A DNA stretch of 64,000 nucleotides from Takakia lepidozioides (Eukaryota; Plantae; Bryophyta). The notes below the pieces were generated by a model. That model had not been told where the DNA came from. It did no database searches and saw only the letters and a list, made by a program, of their open reading frames with translations. Shown in pieces: positions 52,026-64,000 of the stretch (positions are counted from its first letter, which is position 1; every line of letters begins with the position of its first letter). A program made the translations under genes and the position numbers. Location of the stretch: assembly GCA_030704615.1 (NCBI GenBank), contig CM060732.1:6138001-6202000 (forward strand), in the 5' to 3' direction.

Positions 52026-53240
52026 GTGCCACTAGTTGCTGGGGAAAGTGCTGGTACGAGCACTAGCGATACTAGCGGGTATACGAGAAGAGGTGTGCGG
52101 TTTAGGCCACCTTCACCTCCTGTGTCTTCTACGGAAGGTTCTGATTCGGATTGTGAATCAGGAGGACTCACACCGGCGGTGCAAGTTGTTTCCTTGCCAT
52201 TGTTGTGGGACACGATGGAGGAGATGTATGGAGCCACCAAGGGGCCACGAAGGTACTCTGGGGTGGTGGGCACCATTGAGTTGGATGATTTTATCCAAGA
52301 GTTTGATAGTTGGTGTGACTTGCAGCAAATGCGCAATCCACAACTGTTTACGCCTTTCATGGCATGGAAAGGGTTGTTTCAGCACCTTGAGGGGCCGCCC
52401 ATGGATGATTACCATGAGTTTAGGCGGGGGCACGATGTTGAGATCGAGGAGTGGAGGATGTACTGGTCACCCGACTATGTCTCCATCACTAGAGGCACTA
52501 GAGGCACAAGGGCAGCAGCCACACCGGCCGCTGCACCGCCAGCAGCAGCTACAACAGCAGCTTCCACGAGCACTAGTGAGACTAGTGGTACAGCAACTAC
52601 GACGTCCACCCAAGCTATTGCTGCACCAGCACCAGTGGCGGTGCCTGCCTTCAACCCTGTTTTGGAGTTCTTCGAAGAGTTGAGAAGGAACTACCAAGGG
52701 GTGAGGACAGAGAAGTTGAGGAGCTTGCAAGAGTTCCAACGGAAGCCTACTGAGAGCTTGAGGGAGGCTTTCACTCGCATGAGGCGCTTGATTAATGTAA
52801 CCCAAGGGGTTACGGAGGCTCAGGCAGTCCAGTTCTGGTACAGGATATTGGACAAGGAGCTGAGGAGAAGGGTGCGGGATGCAACTCTCCTACAAACGGC
52901 CCAACCCACCTTAGCAAATGTGTTTTTGCTGGCAGAGCGGATAGAGCTCAACATGGTGGAGGAACGAGTGGTCATGGTAGGATTTGCTATGGAGACACCA
53001 TGGGGTAGTGGTGCTCCTAGCCAACCACTACCTCAACGTGCTCAAGGCAACAAGGGGGCTCAGGTGAAGCTCAGGGAAGGGCAGAGAGGACCTCAGATGC
53101 AGGGGTCTCTCCCTTCATTTGCAGGCCAACAATGGGCGGATGTGGTGTGTTGGACATGTGGAGGACCCCACGTCAAGAAGGATTGTCCAGAGGGAGGCAA
53201 AGGGCCGGCACATGCACAGCCCGCACAGTGCCAGGCTACT
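52026..53240 (+). pseudogene. Retrotransposon gag with CCHC zinc knuckle
   Basis: LDDFIQEFDSW, FQRKPTESLREAFTRM, CWTCGGPHVKKDC. Confidence 0.75.
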
Positions 53241-54239
53241 ACGCTTTCGAGCGGGGTGACTGTGGTGGTCTACCGAGTCCGTGGCTCCTGCACATCCTTG
53301 ACTCTGATTTTCCCACGTACGGTGGGCACCATGACAGATTATGCACGACTATGCTATTGCGGTGGAACTATTGCCAGTGGACCTGGGAGGACTCCATCTC
53401 CAAGACGTACACTCCTGAACAAGTCCGCATCTCTTATCCAGTGAATGGGGACATTCATATTCAGATGGAGCATGGAAACAGCGGGGCAACAGTGAAGCTT
53501 TCCATATTCCATGGTGGTTTGATTGAAGGGCACGACATTGTCGTCCACTTGAACAGAGGCGTGAGGACGGCTGCTATCAAGTTTACCTGGAAGAGCCCCA
53601 TGACTCATGACCTCGTCTTCAGAGCAGTCGAAGATCCTACTCCTTCATGACTTTGCTTCAGAAGGCATAAGGCTGACCATTCGCATGCACCACGTGCTTC
53701 TTATGTAATTCATGTGGATCAATAAATATACCCATTGTGGCCTCATTTTTGCATCCTTCTTTTTGACAATGGATAACTAGTCATATTGTTGGGGGTGGAT
53801 TGGGGGTAGATTGTTTCTTACCATGATTTTGTGTAACCAACAACAACACACACTTACTCGTCTCCACTGGACATGTGCCACACTGGGGATATAAAGGGGC
53901 GAGCAATCCCGGGATAGAATTTGATTTTCGCAATTCACCCAACAGTGTATATAACGAGAATATTGCCAAATTAATGTGAGTGAGTGTGGTTGCAGTACAC
54001 TATAAGCGCACATTACATCCTCCATCCCGTATGGGATTGCGCACTAAGGCACGGAATGTGTAGTCAGCGCCGATTTAGTGGTTGCAAGTGTCAGGCAGGC
54101 CATAATCGGCATCCGATTGTTGCCTGCAGTATCATATAATCGGCGCCAATTACATGTACGAAAACCCTTCCATTTGGTCGGATTAATGTATGAAGACTGT
54201 CCCTGAAGGAAATCGGCACCGAATTGAATTCCTGAACCC

Positions 54240-57200
54240 CTTCGGAGTATGTAAACGGAGTCGTTTGTTCGCAAGGGGAAGGGCCAACCACCAAGAATCC
54301 CATTATGCAGAATGAAACCACTGCCCGCGGTTCGAAAAGCGGAGAGGCCGGGCATAGACAGGTTGAAGCTGTACTTTGAAATGGATGGATACAACAATGC
54401 ATTGGCCTCCTTCCTTCTGGCCACCAATGACAAGTCCGGGTGAGAGATTCCCATCACAGATTCTGACAAAGCACAATGGGGAACTCAGTGGCAATTTGTT
54501 GATGCGCAATTTGAAGAGCGAATTGCAGGAACGGAATGGGAGTTCCTCTCAAACAAATGGATGTACATACTCGATGGCAACCATAGATGGCTGGCGTGGA
54601 TGGAGGTTATCAACAAGCAACACCCCATTGATTTCGAGTGGCACGTTTGTGTCAACTCCAAGATCATGGATGTGAAGAACGAAGACTTGCCTATTGTCCG
54701 TGCGGCAATGAGACGCATGAACCAGTAAGTGTTTTTCCCTTATTCTGTTTCCCACTGTGTGAGCTCATCTGAGCATTGCAAGGATTTGAAAGGGAATGAA
54801 GCAGTCCAGATTTGTGCTCATGTGAGCGTCCCACAGGGAATTTGGCGCCGATTGGTAATGGGCTTTTGGCTGTGGACTGCGATTTGACACAGAGTGTTGA
54901 ATCGGCGCCGAATTAACGTTTGTAGTATGACACTTGTTTTGAAATTGGCAGCTTCGAGATGTCTGCTTACAGAAATCGGCGCCGATTTGCAGAGTGTTTT
55001 TCTTCATTGTTATGTTTGGCTGGTGTACTGCTCCGTGACTGTTTCGTTTTATGGTCTTTCCCGAGTATTCTCACTGCCATAGCCAATGCCAAATTCACTG
55101 TAGGACTTCTGAAGTTCAGTAGTCGGCGCCGATTTGCTGGTCCTCTGACAGTGGTGTTGTCAACGTGATCTTTAATCAGCGTAACATCGGAGAGAAATGT
55201 AAAAACGGACCTTTCCCACAAACTTTTCTACTTCCAGATTTGCGCAATGACACCTCTAGAACAATACGAAGGAGTATTCTCTTCGGAAGTCTTCGAGAAA
55301 TGCAAGAACAAGCGGGACAGCTGGATGACTCTCACTCGTCAAACACTCGTTGAGTACATTGGCGCAGACGGCTTGCGATGCAAGTCCACTTTTTTTTCAT
55401 ATATGTGAATGGGCTCCCTTCGGAGCCTATTTTGCGCAATACCTCCATTTCTGTTTGAGGGTCCCCTTTGCAGAAAAGAACAAGGCAACCCGCATCGTCG
55501 AGCAAATGCCCAGACAAGACCAGAGCGTAGTTTAGAATCTGCTCCCGTTTCACATTCCACGGAGGAATCCCTGCAAACCCATTCCGGGAACCTTTTGACC
55601 ATATGGAATATCTACCAGAACAAGATCTGCTCCTGCCTTAATGGACTCCACTGCAAGGGAACGCCGCACGGACTGTCTGGAAGGACTGGGGTGTTTTTTC
55701 AGAAAAACAGAGACCGTCTCTGCTTCTTTCGGCCACGATGCATTCCCTCCTCTCGTTTGTAGACGCTGGACAACAAGCTTGTAAAAATCACAGGACATGC
55801 AGATTACCTCCGTAGCAGGAACCATCTCTTGCAATGGCCGCGCCTCGTATGCATCGCTCACAATCATCATTTGCCCGCCTCCTGCGCCTCTGCCTGTTCC
55901 TTGTAACGCGTTTCGTGACAATGACCGTTGCCTTCTCTGTAGGTCCATATTCGTGAGTTGGTTTGTGATGGCTTCTTCGGAAGCCACCACCGAAGGGCCG
56001 AAATTTCCCTGGTCGCCCCCCACACCCGTTTCTTCGTCCTCGTTTTGGCCGCGCCTCCCCCGTGTCAGAGCTCCAGGAGAAGTGTCGATCTCCGTACGCG
56101 CGACCTTCTTTTGCTTCTGTTTTCTGGTCCTCTTTTTCTGCTGAGCTGCTGCTGTCTGTAAGGTCTCTTCCGCATGCTCCAAATTCCGCGCTGCCGCATT
56201 TATCAACTCTCCTCGGCGACTCTCGGAGATAGGCGGAAGTGGATTGGCATCTAGTGTCCCTGTACGAATGTACTGCGCATGTATTCTGGACTCCTCTTTC
56301 GGAATAAAATTTGGTGGACAGTCCAGCCACCAGTAGCATTGCTCATTAACAATTTCAGTATACTCCACAAACTGTTTGCCGTTGTACATGGAGCACTCTG
56401 ACTTCGACCCCGCCCACGCTATCAGTATTGCAGGCATCTCGGCGATATACCCATGTGGCTGCAAATAAAAATTACAGTACCTGTTCCAAATGCCACCTTA
56501 TTAGAAAACCAGTTGAATGAAGACATTGCCGGAGATAATTCGGCACCGATTTCCCATGGAACACAATTACAGAGAATTGCACTTGTAACAAAGGATAATG
56601 TAAACCGATTGCAGTTGTAAGGGAAAACAGCAACCTCCTATATTTGGGGCGGATTCTATTTTAGACATCATGGAAGTAAATGCAGGCAAGGATAATCGGC
56701 GCCGATTCCTCACGGCCACCGAACCACAGCATTGAAATTGCGAAAAGCAAATGGGGAGTCGGTGCCGACTTCCCAAGCAAGTTGCTATGACATTTATATA
56801 TGTAGTCTCGAGAATTCTGTAGTCAGCGCCGATTCCCATGCTATTTCACTTGTCCGAAACTTTTTGCTTACCTCGCTCTGCCAGAAAAAGTGACAACAAA
56901 AAATGGGAGAGATGTACCTGTAAACGAGTCTCATTGCTGGTAACAGTTTTCCCGGCTGCTCCAGAATAAGAACGCTGCACCAAGGACCATCACCCATCTC
57001 GCAGTAGAATAGCTCTTTCCAATATGTGTCGCGGAATTCGGCAACCCACACTTGCACCAATTCTAGTTCCGGGGCCTCCTCTCTCGTAGGCAGCTGCAAA
57101 TGACCACCCTCAACCAAAAAAGACAGTTGTCGTTCGGCCTCCTGCATTTGCTGCTACCACACAGAAACCCAATAATGAATCATTGCGGCCCATTCGATAG

Positions 57201-58330
57201 ACACAGGACATCACCAAAACCAACCTACACCCCCAACAGACGAGAACAACTCTATCAGTCAGAATTCTTACCTGCCACCACCACATGGCCTTATCTAGCC
57301 AGTCGCCTAGTGCCGTCTCGGAACATCTATTGGCCGTGGGAAATTTCAGTCTGGTCCGGGTCGCAAAGTCCGAGTTCCACAGCTTCAACCAGGCAGTCTC
57401 GCACTCCCATGAAACACAGGACGATGCAACCATCTGCAACTTGTCAAGTGTCATCTCAGGTTTGTCCTTAGCTTTTAAATTCTTGTAGTGCGCAGTAATT
57501 TGAAACAGGAATCCTGTATCCAGGGCAGGATCACAGATGGCGCTGTACTTTCCTATTTTGCTGTGCATTTTTGTTCGATAAGCGGCCAAGTTCTTCTGCA
57601 GCGCCTCGTCGATGAGCTTCTCGTTCTCTGGTGTTTCGGGAAGATGAGCGTAAGCCGCCAATGTCAAGTTTGCGGGCCTCGAGTCTCAAACCACAGTACC
57701 GTTCCCGTAACTTCTCATTTGATTTTTTGTCTTTTGCAGCTGCAGTCTATGCTGTTCCGGGATTGTCATGTGGGCCGCTTATGGCCTTCCCATAAATCGG
57801 CGCCGAATTCAGACCTTTGCACTCAGTTCTGAATGTTGCAAATCGATGCCGACTTACACGTGCTGCTTGTTTGCAGACTCGCATCTTTTATGCTTTTTGC
57901 CTTCAGAAATCGAAGACGAAGTCGGCTGGCTTCAACGAGCGCGGTAAGTTACTCGATCATGACTTCAACCCAGTGGAGGACGACATAGTACGCAATGTTG
58001 TTCCTCAAGAGAGATTGGCCAATGACATGATGGTTCTCTACACAGGGGTGGTCGCGAGAAAAGCACTCAGTTCATGCAGGTATTTCTTGAGACTTGCTGC
58101 CCGGATGGTGGGAGGGTGGTGGACCTGTCTGCAGGAACTGGGGCATCAATGATAGCTACTCAAGTTTGTGGAAGACATCTCATTGCACTGGAAGGTGACA
58201 CTGAACTTTACTCCGAGAAACTCCAGGGCTTGCAGCGAATTTTGCGATTGGAGCAGGATAAGGGAAGGAGGCACTTCCTAGTTGGATGGATGAAACCCCA
58301 TGCGACGAGGACCGTATTGTCGAACTGTGA
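54240..58330 (+). pseudogene. Divergent second ParB-methyltransferase gene with inverted middle segment
   Basis: Plus-strand exon RIPLCRMKPLPAVR..YILDGNHRWLAW (DGNHR 54573-54587, donor 54725); minus-strand block 55356-57664 with ADLVLVDIPYG (DIPY 55601-55612) and LLDDAGCLVL; plus-strand GGRVVDLSAGTGASMIA..GRHLIALEGD (58116-58200). All align by eye with copy A exons. Confidence 0.8.
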
Positions 58331-58508
58331 GTAAGTTCTGATGACCATTTCTTTGTAGTGAAATTTATCTTCTATTTCTTGAATAACGGCTGAAGTCTTT
58401 GGATCCTCAATGTTGTGGGAGACAGGGGCTTCATGTGATTTAAATGGCCATAATTGTTTTTTCTTGCAGTGGTGACGAATCAGTTCGGGAGAGTGCCCAT
58501 GATCGCAT

Positions 58509-59441
58509 TGTTATAGGGCTGTCTAAGACTTAGGCAGAATCGGGGGATTTGTGGGTACCCCTACTTTTTGCGCAGCTGTGATACTTCATGGTTGTGTGAT
58601 CACAGCCCGACACAGGTCACACAGATCACAGTCACAGGGTGTGACGACCTGTGATACTTCATGGCTGTGTGATCACAGCCCGACATAGGTCACACAGGTC
58701 ACAGGGTGTGACGACCTATGACGCTTCATGACTGTATGATCACAGCCCGACACAGGTCACAGTCACAGGATGTGACGACCTGTGATATTTCATGGCTGTG
58801 TGGACACAGCTCAACACACATCACAGTTCGTCGCGGGCCACACAGGCGCTGTTACCACAGATGGAGCACAGGAAGCGGGAACACCACCAGCGGGCATACA
58901 GTATGGTTACGAGCTGACTGACGGTTAGAAGTGCAGTTAGACAGTTATAGTTCGCTTCTGGGATATCGTTTTGGGGGGAGGATGAGCGCGGAAAGGGGGA
59001 TCTTGAGCTTAGGGATGGAGAGCACATGAAAGAGGAGAGACGATCTGATGATGCTTGATATCTGCAAGCTGTAGAGAATGTACGGTAGAGCAGAATAGAG
59101 ATACCATGGCTACGACCTGAAACATGATAGATATAAATCTGATTCATATTTCATACTCACACTGTGTAGAGAGATCTGAGTGAAGCTGTGGAATGAATGC
59201 TTGAGTAGATGGAACATGGTAGATTGCAGAAGCAATCTGATACTTAGTCATAGTCAGTAAGGTAACTTGCTAACATGAATGCAAGAAGGAATAGAAATAG
59301 GAAAGCATCCCCATAATACACTAGTTGTAGGTCATGACTGATTGTTCTGAGTAGGAGGAGTACTTAGAGATATCCAACTCTTCTATCTTGGAGTTTCCAC
59401 CTCGGATAGCGAAGGGATGGGTGAGTAAAAGCTGCTCGACA
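58509..59441 (+). mobile_element. 5' LTR of a related Tat/Ogre-like Gypsy element
   Basis: TGTTATAGGG...CTCGACA; similar to LTR 4786-6032; internal CACAG/GTGA repeats about 58577-58830. Confidence 0.85.
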
Positions 59442-59443
59442 TT

Positions 59444-59461
59444 TGGCGATCATACTGGGGA
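59444..59461 (+). promoter_or_regulatory. Primer binding site, tRNA-Arg-like (Tat/Ogre type)
   Basis: TGGCGATCATACTGGGGA 2 bp after the LTR end; resembles the Ogre-type TGGCGACTCCACTGGGGA. Confidence 0.7.
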
Positions 59462-60470
59462 ACTGAGTCAAGAACGACCAGATGTGACAGGCATCTGGTG
59501 GGAGGAGGTTGGAGAATCAAAGAATTTGATGTGAATAAAATTCCGTGTGAAACAGAGAAGGAAAGATTGGCCAAGCAATTCTTTCAAAGGTTCTTGGAGT
59601 TGCCAGACAGTTGTAAGGAAAACATTCTTAAGAGAGTGCATGATTCTGATCCAGAGTGGGGATTAGAGAAATGAGTGATAAAGATTAATCAAGTGGCCTG
59701 TAGAGGGAGAGCAAGCTGGTTACCAACATTGGTTTATGTGATAGCGGTGCTATCCATAAAACGAGTGGAGTTTGAAGGCTGGGAGGAACGGAACGTGAAT
59801 GTGTTTACTCATATGCATGAAGAGCTTGTACTGGTAAAGAATTGGATTCCCAAGGATATCTTGTGGATCAAACTTACACCAAGAACAGCTTTCCAGACCT
59901 GTTTGCCATATGGGTATATGGTAACGGAGCCTTCTAGTCTAGCCAAGGGTACATTAAAGCTTGAAAGAAATCCAGGCATATACGAGAGATACTACAGTCC
60001 AAAGAGTTGTGGTTATTACCTCATCAAAGACGTGAAAGATATGGGTCATGAGTGATGAAAGGGAAGCTAAACTCCACAGATATTCAGCGAAAAGGGAAAG
60101 CTATTTAAAAGCTAATTATCCGTATCTTTGGCAAAAGAAAATAGATATAGGAGAATCATCTGGGCCTCTCACACCACCAAGACCAGTAAGTTCATCACCT
60201 ATACCTGAAGATTCTAGCTTAGATATCACACCTATTCCTTACAGGAGAGATTAAAAGATCTGGTGGAAGAAGAAGATCAAAGTACGAGGGGAAAGAACTG
60301 AAGGGAATCCATGGATTAGAGATTGGACAGAAATCTTTGATCAAAGTTGGCACGGTACACCCAGAGCAAGAACACCAGTTTCTGATACACCAGCTAACGA
60401 CAGGGAGAAGGATGAAGAAGGGCCATCGGAGAGCTCAAACACTCCAACACCACTTTAATTGAGTTATATG

Positions 60471-62985
60471 AGTCAGGAAGAAGAAATCCAAGATAAGAAC
60501 TTGGAAGATGAAAACAGGGAGAAGAACTTGGAAGACGAAGGGTATGAAGACGTAGACCCAACAGTTGAGGTTGAGACTACAACCAGGACATCCCAACCTG
60601 TTGGACCTGGACCAAGTGGAGCACTTGGATCACAGGCCAACACAGGTGTCGGCTCAGGGGGATCAGGCGGGCAGCTTGGATCTGGCTCTGGGGGGACAAG
60701 GAGTGTGGGAAGTAGTTCAACTGGTGTTGGGGGTACTACAAATAGAGGGGGGCCAGTAGAAGGAAGTGCTCAGGGGCCAGCACCTAGTGGAAGTTCAACC
60801 ACAACCATAGCAGGACCTCAAGGGCCAGCACCTACAAGGGGCCCAACACCTACAGGAGGACCAGCACCTGCAGTAGGGCAGGGAGTAGGGCCACAGATGG
60901 CGGCAGTAGCCCCAACTCGAGCAAAACCACCTTTCCCAATCTATGGAGGGAAAGGGAATCCAGATGTACATGTCAATCAGTTTGAGAAAAATGTGCATAG
61001 TGAACAATGAGAATGATGATGATTCAAAGTTAAGACTATTCCCTTCTTCACTTATCAAAAGAGCAAGTGAGTGGTATGCTCGATTTCCAGATGACCATTT
61101 CCAAACGTGGGATGACCTTAGCACAGCATTCCGGAACAGATTCAGGACAAGCAAAACTGAGGACGAGGTGTACAGTAGCCTACAACAGTTGAGACAGAAG
61201 AAGCATGAAACTGTTGAGGAATACATGGAGAAGATGGAGTTAATGATAAGAAAGCTGGCTGCTATACCAGCAGCAGGATTACAGAAGACTTGGTTTGTGA
61301 GTGGACTAAGACCAAAATTACAAAAGAAAGTGGATATGCTACCCCATCGTACAGTGGAGGAAGCATTCAAAACAGCCAACAGGATTGAGCAATTAGGAAT
61401 GCTCGGGAAGGATAAGAGGGATGATGATGACTCTGAAGATGAGCCAGATGAGGAAGAAGAGCAAGAGTTCAAGAGGAAGAACAGGAAGAAGGAAAAGTTG
61501 AAGAAGGACAACTACGAAAAGAGATTGGAAGAAATCTTGAAGAAATATGCAAAAGAGACTGCAACCCACTGGAGGAAGGGAGCCTGGTGTTCAAAATGCC
61601 AAAATGAAGGCCATACCACAACTGAGTGCCATATGAAAGAGAAGCACTGTGCCATCTATAAGATGGATAACCATTCCACTGAGAATTGTTATTATAATAG
61701 GAAAACAACTACAAGGGAACCTAGGCAAGTGAGGGTGCATCAAGTGCAGCCCCAGCCAAGAAGAAACAATGACCAGGACCACTATGGTAGGCCTGGTGGA
61801 TATAACAATGGTATGGTATGGAGAGGTAATCCAGGAGGGAATTACCAAGGCAATCCCGGAGACAACTATTAGGGTAATCCAAGGGGGAATTACCAGCCAG
61901 GGAATCAGGATTATAGAAATAATCCCAAAATAGACCAAGGGCGAGGACCCAATGGTGAAGAACTGTGTTACTATTGTAACCAGGCACGACATCGCAAGGC
62001 AGCCTGTCCATTCTGGATCAGACACCAGAATGAGATGAGAGCTCATGTGAATGAGGGCTCGGTAGTGGCAGCTCACATGGTTATGCCATGTTTTGTACCA
62101 GAAGTAAGTACAATGATAGTTACCAAAAGCAAGGCTAAACTATTACCTCCAGTGGATGAGGAGGAAGATGTTAATGAAGATGGCAGTGATGTGCATGAAG
62201 ATGATGAGGCATGGAGGGATGAGAAGGAACTGCACAAGGAGGTGGCAGAAGCTATAAGAGAAATGCAGAAGGAGACAGATATCCCTATAGTAGAATCAAT
62301 AGACTCTGAAGAAGAAAATGATGAAGGTGAAGATGAAATGAAGCAAGATGCTTCACATGTTCAAGATAATGAAGGGGCTTTGGCTGAAGTAATATGCCAA
62401 TCCAAAGCTGAGACTACAATTGGGCAGCTATTGGTTGTGGCATCCCATTGTAGACGTGCAGGCTGTATCAAGCAATCAATCAGATTACTCATGTGACAGA
62501 GAATACAGACCGGAACAGCAAGGTGACAAGTTATAATGTGAAGCCTGAAGGGCGAGAAACAGTCGTGGACTTTGATGATTCCATGCCAGTAATCCAATTG
62601 AGAATTGGAAGCACAGACCTGACTGATGTACTGATTGATGGAGGCTCAGGAGTGAATATCATGACAGACCAATTAAGGCAGAAGCTTGGTTTGAGTAAAT
62701 GAAACCAGCCCCATTCACAGTAACAATGGCAAATCAAAGAAGTGTACAGCCATTAGGCTTGATAAGAGGAGTGAAAATACTGATTCAGAAGTTGGTCTTT
62801 AAGATCACTGTGACTATATTGAAAATGGATGACGTCATGGAAGCTTATTCCTTATTGTTGGGATGACCATGGCTGAAACAAGCCAAGGTGTTCCATGACT
62901 GGAATACTCAGATTCTAACTGTGCGTAAGGATAAGCACAAGATACAAATTTCAACTAAGAAATTAGGTAGACTACCTGCTACTAG
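60471..62985 (+). pseudogene. Gypsy gag-protease, interrupted by MULE D
   Basis: NPDVHVNQF, KLRLFPSSL..ASEWY, LRQKKHETVEEY, three zinc-knuckle-like motifs, protease VLIDGGSGVNIM; frameshifts and stops. Confidence 0.88.
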
Positions 62986-64000
62986 GAGGTTAGCTATTTC
63001 ATGAGCATGAGCGGCATGAGCGGAGTAGTAAGACAATCGGTTTTCATGAGCAGAAGTACAAATTTTGGAAATAAAAAACATTAAAAATATTATTTTAATG
63101 GAATGTGTCAGAAAAGAAAAGAAAAAAACCAATATAATATTCATTCTTTGAAGTAGAAATTGTAGTTTTGAGAGCCGTGCTCATGATATTTCGTCTTCCG
63201 CTCATGCGAATTCCGAGCGACATTTGCAAAAATGGCGCCGAATTTCGCGGTAATAGGTTTCGCAACCGGAGAAATCTGCGACGTATTTCGCGGTAATAGG
63301 TGTCTCCGGCGAAAAATGGTGCCGAATTTCGCGGCTATAGGTTCCAACATGATTGGTGTGTTAAGCCCAAAATTTGGAAATGTGGCGCCGAATTTCGGTA
63401 CATGGTGCCGGGGATTGCACAAATGTTGGGCAGTTCTGGGCCATGTGACTGGAAATTCGGCGCCATTTTTCTAGACATCGTTCCCGTACATGTTGGAACT
63501 TAGCCAGTTTTCGGCCCAAAATAGGGGAATTCGGCGCCATTTTTCCAGAAATGGCCCCCACAACTGTTACTGTTGGAACTCAGTTTTTTGGAAGATTTGC
63601 AAATTTTTCCTGCCGCCATCTTTGTATTGATTCTGTTTCGACATTGAATTGCCACTGGATGTCAACGGATATCCAACAGTCCATAGTGTTTAAAAGACAT
63701 TACCTTAATATTGTCTGTCTCATTCTAGGAGTTTTGGGGTGCATTTCATTACACTGCAAAACAAAGTCTAATGCATCAAAATGTAATTGCAAATATCCAT
63801 ATGGTGGATTCCCTTTGCCCCATCAATGATTTCTGGAATCCCGGCGGAGGAGTTTGTGCAACTCGTTCATGCTCAACGCTGGTGCATGAATAAAGTCATC
63901 AATAGTCAAGTTCATCCTCAACCTCTTCAGGTAAATGTAATACAGATGCTTGCACGGATAATACTTTGGCCCCTTCTTTGCTTCCATCAACGAGAAGTCC
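62986..64000 (-). mobile_element. MULE copy D, left end, runs off the window; SWIM C-terminus at 63823-64000
   Basis: GAGGTTAGCTATTTCATGAGCATGAGCGG at 62986; near-identical to 20761-21560 and 43790-44680. Confidence 0.9.

Overview
Eukaryotic, almost certainly land-plant, repeat-dense DNA made almost entirely of nested, decaying transposons; no intact host gene was recognised. (1) A complete CACTA/En-Spm element (1609-19188, 3-bp TSD ATG) sits inside a chromovirus integrase. It contains a Tat/Ogre-like LTR retrotransposon whose two LTRs share the TSD GAGAG but now face opposite ways, implying an internal inversion. (2) From about 20.8 kb to the window end there are four same-orientation copies of a Mutator-like (MULE) family with a WRKY/GCM-like Zn domain, DDE core and SWIM finger, short GAGGTT..CTATTTCATGAGC termini and CATGAGC subterminal repeats. 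(3) The most notable signal: this MULE carries, head-to-head with the transposase, an intron-containing gene encoding a ParB/Srx-like domain (DGNHR) fused to a beta-class N4C/N6A DNA amino-methyltransferase-like domain (DIPY ... LDLxxGTG). It is accompanied by dense arrays of subfamily-specific GGCGCC-centred palindromes, an arrangement reminiscent of ParB/parS plus a methylase. One subfamily carries a captured RING-H2 ORF instead. All protein calls come from motif recognition by eye; no database search was run.
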